The notes below the pieces were generated by a model that saw only the letters and a program-made list of their open reading frames with translations, made no database searches and was not told where the DNA came from. A stretch of DNA of 62,103 nt, counting the filler, from Dehalococcoidia bacterium (lineage in GTDB: Bacteria > Chloroflexota > Dehalococcoidia > DSTF01 > RBG-16-68-14): NCBI GenBank assembly GCA_040882355.1. It is 3 parts of 3 records of this genome, joined end to end, with 100 filler letters (N's around TTAATTAATTAA, not from the genome) between each part and the next. Parts side by side here need not be neighbours in the genome. Positions count along the whole stretch, not along the records: positions 26,808 to 52,867 come from JBBEBM010000039.1; 2 more parts are not named here. The stretch is one strand, 5' to 3'. The position numbers and the translations under genes are program-made. The stretch's first letter is position 1; each line of letters begins with the position of its first letter. This document shows, one piece after another, positions 32,558 to 42,070 of this stretch.

Positions 32558-33489
32558 CAGGCGCCGCCTCGCAGCGCGCTCTCCAGGCCGGCCTGGCGGT
32601 GCGCGCGATACGAGCTGCGCACGAGCGGGCCCGCCTCGACGTTCGCGAAGCCGAGCGCGCGCCCGTGCTCGCGGAACGGCTCGAACTCCTCCGGCGGGTA
32701 GTAGCGCTCGACGGGCAGGTGCTTCTCGCTCGGGCGCAGGTACTGCCCGATCGTGAGCAGGTCGACGCCCGATGCGCGCAGGCCGGACATCACGTCGAAG
32801 ACCTCGTCATGCGTCTCTCCCAGCCCGACCATCAGGCCGGACTTGGTGAGCAGCGACGGGTCGAGCGCCTTCGCGCGGCGCAGCAGCTCGAGCGAACGCT
32901 CGTAGCGCGCCTTCGGGCGCACGCGGCCGTAGAGGCGCGGCACGGTCTCGATGTTGTGGTTCAGCACGAAGGGGCGCGCCTGAACGACCGTCGCCAGCGC
33001 GTCCCAGTTGCCCATGAAGTCGGGGATCAGCACCTCGACGCGGCAGTCGGGGTTGTCGCGACGGATGGTTCGGATGCAGCCGGCGAAGATGCCGGCGCCG
33101 CCGTCCGGCTGGTCGTCGCGGTTGACGGACGTGATCACGACGTAGTCGAGCCCGAGGGTGCTCACCGCGCGGGCGACTCGATACGGCTCTAGCAAATCGA
33201 GACCTTGCTCAGGGCGACCTGTTGTGACCGCGCAGAAGCCGCAGGCGCGCGTGCAGACGTCGCCGAGGATCATGAAGGTGGCGCTGCCGGAGTTGAAGCA
33301 CTCGCCGATGTTGGGGCAGCGCGCCTCCTCGCAGACGGTGTGCAGGCCGTGCTCACGCAGGAGGCCCTTGATGCGCTGGTAGCGGTCGCCGGCGGGGAAG
33401 CGCACCTTGAGCCAGGGCGGCTTCGGCTCACGGTGTGCCGTTCGCGTCCGTTCGACCAGCGGGATGAGGGTGTCCTGCATGACTGTCAA
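32557..33489 (-). CDS. lipA: Lipoyl synthase
   Basis: CEEARCPNIGEC, CTRACGFC, VRSSY; start 33489 or 33480. Confidence 0.97.
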   Translation of the reverse strand: MTVMQDTLIPLVERTRTAHREPKPPWLKVRFPAGDRYQRIKGLLREHGLHTVCEEARCPNIGECFNSGSATFMILGDVCTRACGFCAVTTGRPEQGLDLLEPYRVARAVSTLGLDYVVITSVNRDDQPDGGAGIFAGCIRTIRRDNPDCRVEVLIPDFMGNWDALATVVQARPFVLNHNIETVPRLYGRVRPKARYERSLELLRRAKALDPSLLTKSGLMVGLGETHDEVFDVMSGLRASGVDLLTIGQYLRPSEKHLPVERYYPPEEFEPFREHGRALGFANVEAGPLVRSSYRAHRQAGLESALRGGA

Positions 33490-34220
33490 CGACTCGTGGT
33501 CTCGGCGACCTGTAGGGGCGACCGTCTGGTCGCCCTGGGCGGGCGAACGGCCGCCGCAAGATCGTCGATCGTCAGGCCGAACACGCGCCCAAACGCGCGC
33601 TCAACTGCGTCCATCACGTCGCGCATGTCCGGCGCGCTGCCTAGCACCTCCGCCATCGACGTCACCCGCACGTCGGGCAGGCCGCAGGGAACGATGTGCG
33701 AGAAGTAGTCGAGGTCGGGATCGACGTTGAGGGCGAAGCCGTGGCTGGTGATGCCGCGCGACACCCGCACGCCGATGCTCGCGATCTTGGCGTCGCCGGC
33801 CCAAACGCCGGGGCAGCCCGGCTCGCGTCGCGCCTCGATGTCAAACGTGGCGAGCGCGTCGATCAGCGTCGTTTCGAGGGAGCGCACGTACCAGGTCGGC
33901 CCCTGGTGCCAGCGGCGCAGGTCGAGAATGGGGTAGCCGACGAGCTGGCCCGGACCGTGGTAGGTCACGTCACCCCCACGGTCGACGCGGTGGACGGCGG
34001 CGCCCAGCGACGTGAGGGCGTCTTCGGAGAGCAGCAGGTGCTCGCTCTTGCCGCGCGGCCCGAGGGTGTACGTGTGGGGGTGTTCGAGGAGGAGGAGGCG
34101 CGCCCGGCCGTCCTCACGGCACGCCTCGACGAGGCGGCGCTGCAGCGCCCACGCTTCGCCATACTCGACGAGGCCGAGGCGCTCGACGGCGCAGGAAGCG
34201 GGCGCGACAGCAGGAGGCAT
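33486..34220 (-). CDS. lipB: Octanoyltransferase
   Basis: LLEH..YTLG, RGGDVTYHGPGQLVGY, KIASIG, HGFALN, IVPCG. Confidence 0.96.
   Translation of the reverse strand: MPPAVAPASCAVERLGLVEYGEAWALQRRLVEACREDGRARLLLLEHPHTYTLGPRGKSEHLLLSEDALTSLGAAVHRVDRGGDVTYHGPGQLVGYPILDLRRWHQGPTWYVRSLETTLIDALATFDIEARREPGCPGVWAGDAKIASIGVRVSRGITSHGFALNVDPDLDYFSHIVPCGLPDVRVTSMAEVLGSAPDMRDVMDAVERAFGRVFGLTIDDLAAAVRPPRATRRSPLQVAETTSR
33512..33535 (+). repeat. GTAG-type REP inside the lipB 3' end
   Basis: GTAG-GGGCGACC-GTCT-GGTCGCCC. Confidence 0.75.
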
Positions 34221-34297
34221 GGCGGGGGCTCCTGTGGTGTTATCGGCCGGTGCGGCGGGTTCGCCGCGTCGAGACCGATCTTACCACACGGGCGGCG

Positions 34298-34738
34298 CTA
34301 CTCGCCGACGACGATGCTGCTCGTGATCTTGGGCCCGCTGATGAGCGTGCGGTGCACCGGACAGCGGTCGGCGATCTCGAGCAGGCGGTCGCGCTGCTCG
34401 TCCGTCAGCTTGCCCCGCACCGAGATCTCGCGCTCGATGACTTCGACCCGTCCGACGACCTCACCGTCCGCAGTGCCCGCCATGTCGTCCATGTAGACGC
34501 GGTCGTGGGTGAGGTGGACGGAGATGTCGTCGACGGGCCACTCCTTGCGCCGGGCGTACATGAGGACGGTCATCGCAGTGCAGGCGCCCAGCGCCCAGAG
34601 CAGCAGCTCGTAGGGGCCGGGGCCGAGGTCGTTGCCGCCCTTCTCCCCCGGCTCGTCGGCGATGAACGAGTGCTGGCCGGCGGTGAGGAGCTGGCTGTAG
34701 TTGTAGTCGGGCAGGTACTGGACGGTGACCTTCTTCAC
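34298..34738 (-). CDS. OsmC-family protein
   Basis: ADEP..GGNDLGPGPYELL..LGACT, CPVHRTL. Confidence 0.92.
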   Translation of the reverse strand: MKKVTVQYLPDYNYSQLLTAGQHSFIADEPGEKGGNDLGPGPYELLLWALGACTAMTVLMYARRKEWPVDDISVHLTHDRVYMDDMAGTADGEVVGRVEVIEREISVRGKLTDEQRDRLLEIADRCPVHRTLISGPKITSSIVVGE

Positions 34739-34811
34739 GACGGGGCGCCTCCTGTGCGGTGGGATCGAAGCTATCCTAGCACGAGGAAGAAGATTGCTTC
34801 GCGCGGCCCTC

Positions 34812-34849
34812 TTGACAGACAGACACTAGTATGCTAGCATCCTAGTATG
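34812..34849 (+). promoter_or_regulatory. Leaderless promoter overlapped by 3 x 8-bp operator-like repeats
   Basis: TTGACA-17-TAGCAT-6-ATG; CTAGTATG CTAGCATC CTAGTATG. Confidence 0.75.
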
Positions 34850-35044
34850 ACCGATTCGGAGGACAACGAAGCCCAGGAGGGCCACGACGCCTTTGGTAAG
34901 CAGCAGTTCAACGTCTACCTGCCGCCGGAGCTGGTCCGCGAGCTGAAGCATGCCGCAATCGATGGGCGCTTGTCGCTGAGCCGCTACGTCGAACGCGTCT
35001 TTCGTGACCATCTTGATCGTAAGGAAGAGGAGGATACCCCATGA
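34847..35044 (+). CDS. Ribbon-helix-helix (CopG-like) regulator
   Basis: QFNVYLPPELVRELKHAAID..SLSRYV. Confidence 0.82.
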   Translation: MTDSEDNEAQEGHDAFGKQQFNVYLPPELVRELKHAAIDGRLSLSRYVERVFRDHLDRKEEEDTP

Positions 35045-35385
35045 GCGCGACGCTGACTGTCTACGTCTACACCAGCGACCTGGAGCGCATGCGCCGCTTC
35101 TACGAGGAGGCGCTCGGTGCGAAGGCCGATACGCAACACGGCAATTGGGTGCCGCTTGAGCTGAAGGGCGCGACCTTCGCTCTGCACCAGTCGCATCCAG
35201 ACGGCGGCGAGGACCTCGTCCGTCCGAACATTAGCTTCGGCGTCGATGACGTCGAGGCGGCGGTCGAACGGTTCACAGCGAACGGCGCGAAGGTGCTGCG
35301 AGGCGTTGCGGACGAGACGTTCGGGCGCATGGCCACGCTAGAGGATCCGGACGGCCGCGTGTTCGAGGTCGTGCAGTACGGGTAG
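35041..35385 (+). CDS. VOC/glyoxalase-family protein
   Basis: DLERMRRFYEEALG, FGVDDVEA, DPDGR. Confidence 0.9.
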   Translation: MSATLTVYVYTSDLERMRRFYEEALGAKADTQHGNWVPLELKGATFALHQSHPDGGEDLVRPNISFGVDDVEAAVERFTANGAKVLRGVADETFGRMATLEDPDGRVFEVVQYG

Positions 35386-35401
35386 AAGCATGCTGTGGAT
35401 C

Positions 35402-35848
35402 TTAGGGCGCGCTTAGGTGTGCCGCTGCCTCGATCGCATCTCGCCACTGCTCAGCAGCCTCGCGCGAGAACCACCAGGCGGGCGGCCACCAATGCTGCTT
35501 CACAAGAAGGAATCTGTATGCGGTGTCGCCGGTCTTCAGCCAGAGGCCACCACCTCCGATTGCCATCAGCAGGCCGCTGCCACTCACGTCACAGCTTCGG
35601 ACGTCCCCCAAAGATATCTCGAAGGGCCACACGCGGGCCCAAGGCGGAGTCAGGGCTACCCGCTTCCACATGAACCGCCGATCGGTCAAGGTGACTCTGC
35701 CATCCGCCTTCCAAGACACCTTGATCGCCTTGGGCAAGGGAAGAGGTATTGGTCGAAATGCCCGGCCAAGACCAACCCTTAGGACCACTTCACCAGGTTG
35801 GATGTCAGCAGGCTCGGCTTGGTTTGCTGCGCCAATTTCGGATGACAT
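35402..35848 (-). CDS. Hypothetical protein (possible PH-like fold)
   Basis: Fills the gap downstream of ilvC-like gene; GRVTLTDRRF motif. Confidence 0.55.
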   Translation of the reverse strand: MSSEIGAANQAEPADIQPGEVVLRVGLGRAFRPIPLPLPKAIKVSWKADGRVTLTDRRFMWKRVALTPPWARVWPFEISLGDVRSCDVSGSGLLMAIGGGGLWLKTGDTAYRFLLVKQHWWPPAWWFSREAAEQWRDAIEAAAHLSAP

Positions 35849-35877
35849 GAGATTTTCGCCGCGAGCGCGGAAGCTGG

Positions 35878-36897
35878 CTACGCTCGTTTCCGCGCTTCAC
35901 GCACCGCCGCGCGGATGCGCTCTTCGATGGGCGTGAAGGGGTTCGCCTGGCGGCCGAGGTCGCGGAGGCGCTCGAAGTTCTCGCAGCCGTTCGCGCGCTC
36001 CTCCGCCCACTGCTTCGCGAAGGCGCCGCTCTGGATCTCGGCAAGCACCGTCTCCAGGTGCTTGCGGATCGGCTCGCGGTCCATGGCGATCGTGCGCATC
36101 ATGCCGCCGTACTGGCTGGTGCGTGAGTGGAGGCGCGACTGGTCGTAGAAGCCCAGCTCGGCCATCGCCTCGAACGTCTCGGTCATCTCGCCGGAGAAGT
36201 AGGTGTCGAGGATGAGCGCCTCGGGTGGCAGGCCGGCCTTCGTCGCCACGTCGAGCATCAGCATGATCGTCGAGCCGACGACGGCGCCCCAGCCCTGCTC
36301 GGCGAAGAGGTCGAGCACCGCCTCGTCGCGCGCCGAGACCTCGAACGCGCCGGCGCGCAGCGTGCCGATGCCCTTCGCCAGCGCGAGCAGCACCGGCCAG
36401 GCGCGCCCGCTCGCGTCTTGCTCCACCGAGACGTAGCTGTAGAAGCCCTCGCCTCGTTCGAAGAGCTCGCGCGCCTTCTGGCCGATCATGCGCGGCGCGA
36501 GCATGACGAGGTCGACGTTCTTCGGCGGCGTCATCTCTCCGAACGCGAGGTTGTAGCCGGTGGCGAAGACGAGCGTGTCGGCCGGCTTGAGGTGCGCCTC
36601 GATGTGCTCGGCGAACACGTCCGGCAGCTCTTCGTCCGGCACGAGCAGGAACAGGATGTCGCTGGCTGCCGTAGCGTCGGCGACCGAGCGCGGCGCGAAG
36701 CCGTCGGCCTCGGCGTTCGTCCACGACTCGTCGCGCAGCGTGGCGACGACGATGCCCTCGACGCCGGAGTCGCGCAGGTTGAGCGCCTGCGTCCGGCCCT
36801 GGTTGCCGTAGCCGATGACGGCGATCGCGCGCCCGTCGAGGACGCTCAGGTCGCCGTCGGCCTCGCCGAAGACGCGCAGGCCGGATGCGTCGCTCAT
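35878..36897 (-). CDS. ilvC: Ketol-acid reductoisomerase-like protein (divergent)
   Basis: IGYGNQG..QALNLRDSG, LVPDE, APRMIG, DLFAEQ, IQSGAFAKQW. Confidence 0.8.
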   Translation of the reverse strand: MSDASGLRVFGEADGDLSVLDGRAIAVIGYGNQGRTQALNLRDSGVEGIVVATLRDESWTNAEADGFAPRSVADATAASDILFLLVPDEELPDVFAEHIEAHLKPADTLVFATGYNLAFGEMTPPKNVDLVMLAPRMIGQKARELFERGEGFYSYVSVEQDASGRAWPVLLALAKGIGTLRAGAFEVSARDEAVLDLFAEQGWGAVVGSTIMLMLDVATKAGLPPEALILDTYFSGEMTETFEAMAELGFYDQSRLHSRTSQYGGMMRTIAMDREPIRKHLETVLAEIQSGAFAKQWAEERANGCENFERLRDLGRQANPFTPIEERIRAAVREARKRA

Positions 36898-37406
36898 TCT
36901 TCGAGCGCGATCGGGCGCTTCGAGTGGCCGTTGCGCCGTGGGCAGTTGTGGCCCTGCTTGTCGATGGGCCCGCCGCAGAGGATGCAGAGCGGTCTGCCGC
37001 CGCTGATCACCTCTTCCGCCCGGTCCGCGAAGCGATCGCACTGGCGGAGGCTTGCCTGGCACGAGAAGGCGGGCGGAGCATCTTCTTTCTCGGCATCCGC
37101 GATTTCGTAGGCGAAGATCACCACCATGCGCTGCCCGCCGTCGTAGCCGATGCCCAGGCGGCCGATCTTGAAATCGACCTGCGCCTGGTCCGGAAAGGTC
37201 GCGCCCCGTGGCTCAGGCTCGTCGGGTGTCTCGCCCGCCTGCTCCAGGATCCCGCGGATCGCGAGGGTGAGCGCTTCGAGCTGCTGCTTCTCCAACCAGA
37301 GCGAGGCGGCGTCGCCGCCGCTCATCACGCGCAAGCGAAAGGTGCGCTTGCCCGGCTCGCCGATCGCCTCCGGCTCCAGCAGCTCGGCTCGCCCGAAGTC
37401 CCGCAT
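36894..37406 (-). CDS. DUF3090-like protein
   Basis: AIGEPGKRTF, LEKQQL, GRPLCILCGGPID..GHNCPRRNGH. Confidence 0.85.
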   Translation of the reverse strand: MRDFGRAELLEPEAIGEPGKRTFRLRVMSGGDAASLWLEKQQLEALTLAIRGILEQAGETPDEPEPRGATFPDQAQVDFKIGRLGIGYDGGQRMVVIFAYEIADAEKEDAPPAFSCQASLRQCDRFADRAEEVISGGRPLCILCGGPIDKQGHNCPRRNGHSKRPIALEE

Positions 37407-37452
37407 AACGCACTCATTGTACGGCGCGCTGCTTCCAGATGCGAAGGCGCCC

Positions 37453-38154
37453 CTACTCGCGCGCGCCCGCGAGCGCCTCGCGCGGCGACTTCAGCTCGAT
37501 GAGGGAGCGGAGGGTGAGGTAGCCGAGCATGAGGAAGGCGGAGAAGACGATGGTGAAGCCGTAGGTGCTCGGGTACTCGATGGGCTGCGCGACGTGGCTC
37601 GCGATGTCGCTGAACAGCGGGCCGGGCCGCGTGAAGACGTCCCAACTGTTCCAGCGCAGGAAGCGCCCGATGAAGATGCCGAAGCTGCCGAGCACGATGG
37701 CGCCCGTCGCGAAGAGCCAGCCGGCGCTCCTGCCGAAGCGCGACTCGATCAGGCCCTGCATGTCGAAGAGCGAGAGGAAGCCGAGGATGAGCCCGTTCCA
37801 GGCGAACGCGAGGAAGAGGACGATGTCGTACCAGATCGGCACGGTGGTGTTGTCGGAGAGGTGGAAGAGGTCGGTCATGAGATAGGGGGCGTTGGGGAAG
37901 AAGAGCAGCCAGAGGAAGAGGCCGCTGAACAGCGCAGCGTTGGTGCGCGGCGGGACGAACAGCATCCACTGGCTGATCGCGAACGGGATCAGCGCCAGGA
38001 AGAGGTTCCAGCCGAGGAAGAAGTGGTTGCCCGACGTGTCGTAGTACCAGACCCGAGCCAACACCATCATGCAGGCCACCGCGCACGATATCGCCAGGAC
38101 GACGTAGAGGTTCCAGCGCCCGCTCTCGTGGATCCGGCTGACGATGTCGCTCAT
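37453..38154 (-). CDS. DUF1361-like membrane protein
   Basis: WNLFLA, WLLFFPNAPYLMTDLFHL, IGRFLRWNSWD. Confidence 0.9.
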   Translation of the reverse strand: MSDIVSRIHESGRWNLYVVLAISCAVACMMVLARVWYYDTSGNHFFLGWNLFLALIPFAISQWMLFVPPRTNAALFSGLFLWLLFFPNAPYLMTDLFHLSDNTTVPIWYDIVLFLAFAWNGLILGFLSLFDMQGLIESRFGRSAGWLFATGAIVLGSFGIFIGRFLRWNSWDVFTRPGPLFSDIASHVAQPIEYPSTYGFTIVFSAFLMLGYLTLRSLIELKSPREALAGARE

Positions 38155-38261
38155 GCTTCGCCCGACGCCGCCGGCCAGAGGCGGACGGCGTACCCCTCAC
38201 TATAGCGAACCGGGAGCCAGCGGCCCGCCAGCTACTCGAGACCCTTCGTCGCCGCGTTCGG

Positions 38262-39829
38262 TCAGGGTGCGGGCACGAAGAGGTAGGCCGCCCCTGACAA
38301 TTCTGCGGCAGCGGCGTCCTGGGGTGCGCCGACGACGACGCCCTGCTCCCCGGCAGCCACAGACCAGCCGAAGTAGTCGCCGTCGTCAGGCGCCGGCTTC
38401 TGGAAGGTGTGGAGCAGCGCGCCTGTTGCGGCGTCGAACAGGTACGCCGCGCCGATGTCTCTGTCTGCAACGGGCCTTACGCCGGTGTCGTCGAAGGGAG
38501 CGCCGACGAGCACGCTATCGCCTGCCACCGCTAGCGAAGCGCCGAATCCATCGCCAGCGAGGTTTGGGTGTTCGACGTAGTCCACCGCCATGTTCGGGCT
38601 CTCCAGCGCCCGGGGCTGCTCGCCGGTTGCGGCGTCGAAGATATAGACCTTCCCGCGCCCGTCGTCGTGCGGCGCGCCTACGACGACGTTGCCGCCAACG
38701 GACGCGGCGCGCCGACGACAGCCTTGTCGCCGATGGCGGCCACCGACGATCCGAATCCAACGTCCCCGTCCGGGTTTGGATTGAGAAAGGTCTGGAGCAG
38801 ATCGCCGCTGCCGGCGTCGAAGAGATAGGCTGCGCCCGAGTCACGAGCGCCCGCGTCGCCCTGGGGCGCGGCGACAAGCACATCGTTGCCTACCAATGCC
38901 ACGGACTTGCCGAAGAGGGTGCCGGCCTCCGGACCAGGATTGACGAAGGTCTGGAGCAGCGAGCCAGATCCCGCGTCGAACAGATAGGCCTCGCCGACGC
39001 TGAGGGGCTCCTCGCTGAACACGCCGGGCGCGCCCACGAGGACGTTGTCGCCGAGGGCCGCGACTGAGTGGCCGAATTGGTCGTCGCGCTCCGGACTGGG
39101 GTTGTGTAAGGTCCGGAGCAGATCGCCGGAGGCGCGGTCGAAGAGATAGACAGCGCCGACGGTGTTCGTCTCCTCGATGTCCGCGAAGCGCGCGCCGACG
39201 ACAACCATGTCGCCGGCGGCGGCCACTGACCAACCGAACTGATCGTTCTCGCGCGGGTTTGGATTGAGAAAGGTCTGGAGCAGATCGCCGCTGCCGGCGG
39301 CGAAGAGATAGGCTGCGCCAGAGTCACGAGCGCCCGCGTCGCCCTGGGGCGCGGCGACAAGCACATCGTTGCCTACCAACGCCACGGACTTGCCGAAGTA
39401 GTCGCTCTCCTCCGCATCCGGGCTTAGGAAGGTGTGCGCCAGCGCGCCGGGCTGGCCGGACGCTGGCCCAGCCTGTGTCCGGGCGAGGCCCCAGATGAGC
39501 AGGCCGACGCCTGTGGCGATACCGACGGCCAGTCCGCCGACGATTGTCGCTGCGAGCCAGCCGGAACTGAGCTTGCGCCAGAACAGGAACGGCGCAGCGG
39601 CGGCGGCCCACCAGGGGCGGTCCTCCGGCCGCCAGCGAGCGGCCTCCTCGCGGCTCGTTACGCCCAACTTGCCGAGGATCTCGGAGACGTGGAACTTCGC
39701 CCCATCCGGACTGACACCTAAACGCTGGGCGATCGCCTCGTTCGTGAGACCCTCGCGCAGAAGCGCCAGCACCTCCCACTGGCGCGGCGTGAGGATGTCC
39801 GGGTGCTTGGGCCGCCCGCGTCGGTTCAT
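38262..39829 (-). pseudogene. LuxR-HTH + transmembrane + FG-GAP-repeat protein, frameshifted near 38703
   Basis: LTPRQWEVL..GLTN..IA..HVSEILGKLG; FGxSVA..VVGA repeats continue in another frame (SVGGNVVVGAPHDDGRGKVYIFD) to the stop at 38262. Confidence 0.8.
38771..39398. repeat. 145-bp internal direct repeat (38771-38915, 39254-39398), 3 mismatches
   Basis: Direct comparison of the two copies. Confidence 0.92.
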
Positions 39830-39944
39830 GGCGAGGCCAGCTTACACGGGAGAAGGACGAATTACACTACCCGCGCCGGCCACCGCCTCCGCTCACCAGG
39901 CGTGCCCCTCACTACAGCGAACCGAGGCCGGCGGCCCGCCGGCT

Positions 39945-40781
39945 CTATTCGAAACGCACGGTCAGTGGTGGTAGGTCGAGGCCCTCGGTGTCGGTGCGCC
40001 AGGTCTCGCCGGGCGCGACGGGCAGCGCCGCCGTCAGCGTGCCCGTCGTGATGACCTCGCCCGCTCCGAGGGGCGGCGCCTCGGGCTGCGGCGCCGCAAG
40101 CGGCGAGGCGAGGACTTCGGCGAGGTGGGCGAGCGCCAGCGCCGGGTGGCCGAGCGCGTTCGCGCCGGTGCCGGTGTCGACGACCTCGCCGTCCTTCGCA
40201 AGCGTCACCCGACAGTCGCGCAGGGCGTCGACGAGCGACTGGATGTCGTCGGGTGTGACGGCGAGCGGCTCGCCGACGACAAGCGCGGCGTGGTGGCTGA
40301 AGTCGATGACGGAGTCGGGGCCTGCGAACTGCCAGTCCGCGTAGTGGCAATCGACGATCTCAAACGTCCGCGCCACCCACTCTATCGATTCCAGAACCAG
40401 CGCCGGGTCCTGGCAGCCGGTGGGTGGCGGCGCGCGCAGCTTGAACGCGATCTCCGGCTCGATGCGCGGCGCTACCATCCTGCTAAGCGACAGTGTCGCC
40501 GAGCCGTCGCGCGCGTGGTGCAGCGTGTGGGCATAGACGTGGTCCCAGATGGGCTGGTGGACGTTGTACTGCGGCCAGATGCGACGGTTGGTGTAGCCGA
40601 TCTTACGCCCGGCCGGCTGCTCGCCGCGCGCCTGGCGGAGGCGCGTCGCCTCGCGCGCGACCTCGTAGGCCGTCGGGAAGTCGAGGTCCGGCCAGCGCTG
40701 CGACGGCGGCGTGACCAGCGCCGCGCCGTCGAGGGCGTCGAGCATTTCGCGGGCGAGGGCGGGCACGTCGAGCTGTGCCAT
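39945..40781 (-). CDS. 2-keto-4-pentenoate hydratase / FAA-hydrolase family protein
   Basis: GRKIGYT, RIEPEIAF, GTGANALGHP, ITTGT. Confidence 0.88.
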   Translation of the reverse strand: MAQLDVPALAREMLDALDGAALVTPPSQRWPDLDFPTAYEVAREATRLRQARGEQPAGRKIGYTNRRIWPQYNVHQPIWDHVYAHTLHHARDGSATLSLSRMVAPRIEPEIAFKLRAPPPTGCQDPALVLESIEWVARTFEIVDCHYADWQFAGPDSVIDFSHHAALVVGEPLAVTPDDIQSLVDALRDCRVTLAKDGEVVDTGTGANALGHPALALAHLAEVLASPLAAPQPEAPPLGAGEVITTGTLTAALPVAPGETWRTDTEGLDLPPLTVRFE

Positions 40782-40868
40782 GAACCGTTAGCCCGCCAGC
40801 GCCGGACGCACCTCGTTCGCGAGCGGCTTGCGTGCGAGGGCGGATGCGTCGAGCTGAGCCATCAGCCG

Positions 40869-41756
40869 CTAGCCGGCCACCGCGGGTCGTACCTCGTTCG
40901 CGAGCACGTCCATCATCGAACGGGCGCGGTCGAGGTCCAGCGTGTAGATCTCGATGACGGCGTGGCTAACGCCGATCTCGGCGTACGCGCGGAGCTGCTC
41001 GACAGCCTTGGCCGGCTCGCTGAGCGAGAGGCGCGTGCGCACCGTGATGTCGATGGCGTTAGGGTCGCGGCCGGCGTCCTTCGCGTGCTGCTTCACCTGC
41101 TCGAACTGCTGGGCCAGCACCGCCGGCGGCACCCCCACGGCGTGCCAGCCGTCGGCGAGCCGGCCGGCGCGGCGAAGCGCTCGTTCGCCGTGGCCTCCGG
41201 TCCAGATCGGCGGGCACGGCTTCTGGACGGGCTTCGGCGCGAAGCCGACGTCTTCGACCTGCCAGAACTTGCCCTTGAATGACGGGTTGTCCTCCGTCCA
41301 GAGCGCGCGGAAGAGCCGGATGTACTCGTCCAGGCGAGCGCCGCGTCGCTCGAAGGGCACGCCCAGCAGCTCGAACTCCTCCTCCATCCAGCCGGCGCCC
41401 ACGCCCAGGATCAAACGCCCGCCCGAGAGCACATCGAGGCTCGCCAGGATCTTCGCCGTCACGATCGGGTTTCGCATCGGCGCGACGAGGATCGTGGTGC
41501 CCAGCTTCGGGCGCTGCGTGACGCCGGCGACGTACAGCAGCGTCGCGAGCGGTTCCAGGAAGGGGGTGTCGGGCGGCACCGGGAACGATCCGTCCGGGGT
41601 GTACGGGTAGCGAGAGGTGAGGTTGCGGGGCACGAGCACGTGGTCGCTCACCCAGAGCGAGTCGAAGCCGTGCTCCTCCGCGAGCTGGGCGAAGGCGGTG
41701 ACGCCCTCGCGGTTCGCCAGCGGGCCTATTTGCGCCAGGTGCAGGCCGATCTCCAT
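40869..41756 (-). CDS. Luciferase-like (probable F420-dependent) oxidoreductase
   Basis: GFDSLWVSDHV, LDVLSGGRLILGVGAGW, PKPVQKP, ADGW. Confidence 0.92.
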   Translation of the reverse strand: MEIGLHLAQIGPLANREGVTAFAQLAEEHGFDSLWVSDHVLVPRNLTSRYPYTPDGSFPVPPDTPFLEPLATLLYVAGVTQRPKLGTTILVAPMRNPIVTAKILASLDVLSGGRLILGVGAGWMEEEFELLGVPFERRGARLDEYIRLFRALWTEDNPSFKGKFWQVEDVGFAPKPVQKPCPPIWTGGHGERALRRAGRLADGWHAVGVPPAVLAQQFEQVKQHAKDAGRDPNAIDITVRTRLSLSEPAKAVEQLRAYAEIGVSHAVIEIYTLDLDRARSMMDVLANEVRPAVAG

Positions 41757-42070
41757 ATAACGCTCCTTTCCGGTTCGTCGAGGCCGGGACACATCTTACA
41801 ACGGCCCGACGATTACCGAAACGGAGCGAACGTCTATCATCGAGGGCCTCTGGCGCAGCGGAAGAGGCGACCTCCTGGTAGCCGAGCTCGCCTCGTCGGT
41901 GAGAACGGCGGGCCCAGTCAAGGCGCGGCGATGGTCCCGCCAACGCCCGAGAACGCCCACGATCAAGGTGTACCCGGGATGACGTCGTCCGGCGCTGGGA
42001 GACGAATGATCGGTTGCCGCCCGCATGGGCCTATTCATGCATGCTGGCTATAGAGGTCACGGATCGGTGG

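Noticed and set aside
38771..39398. 145-bp repeat as a DGR template/variable pair
   Set aside because: Only 3 mismatches, both copies within one coding repeat array, no reverse transcriptase in the window
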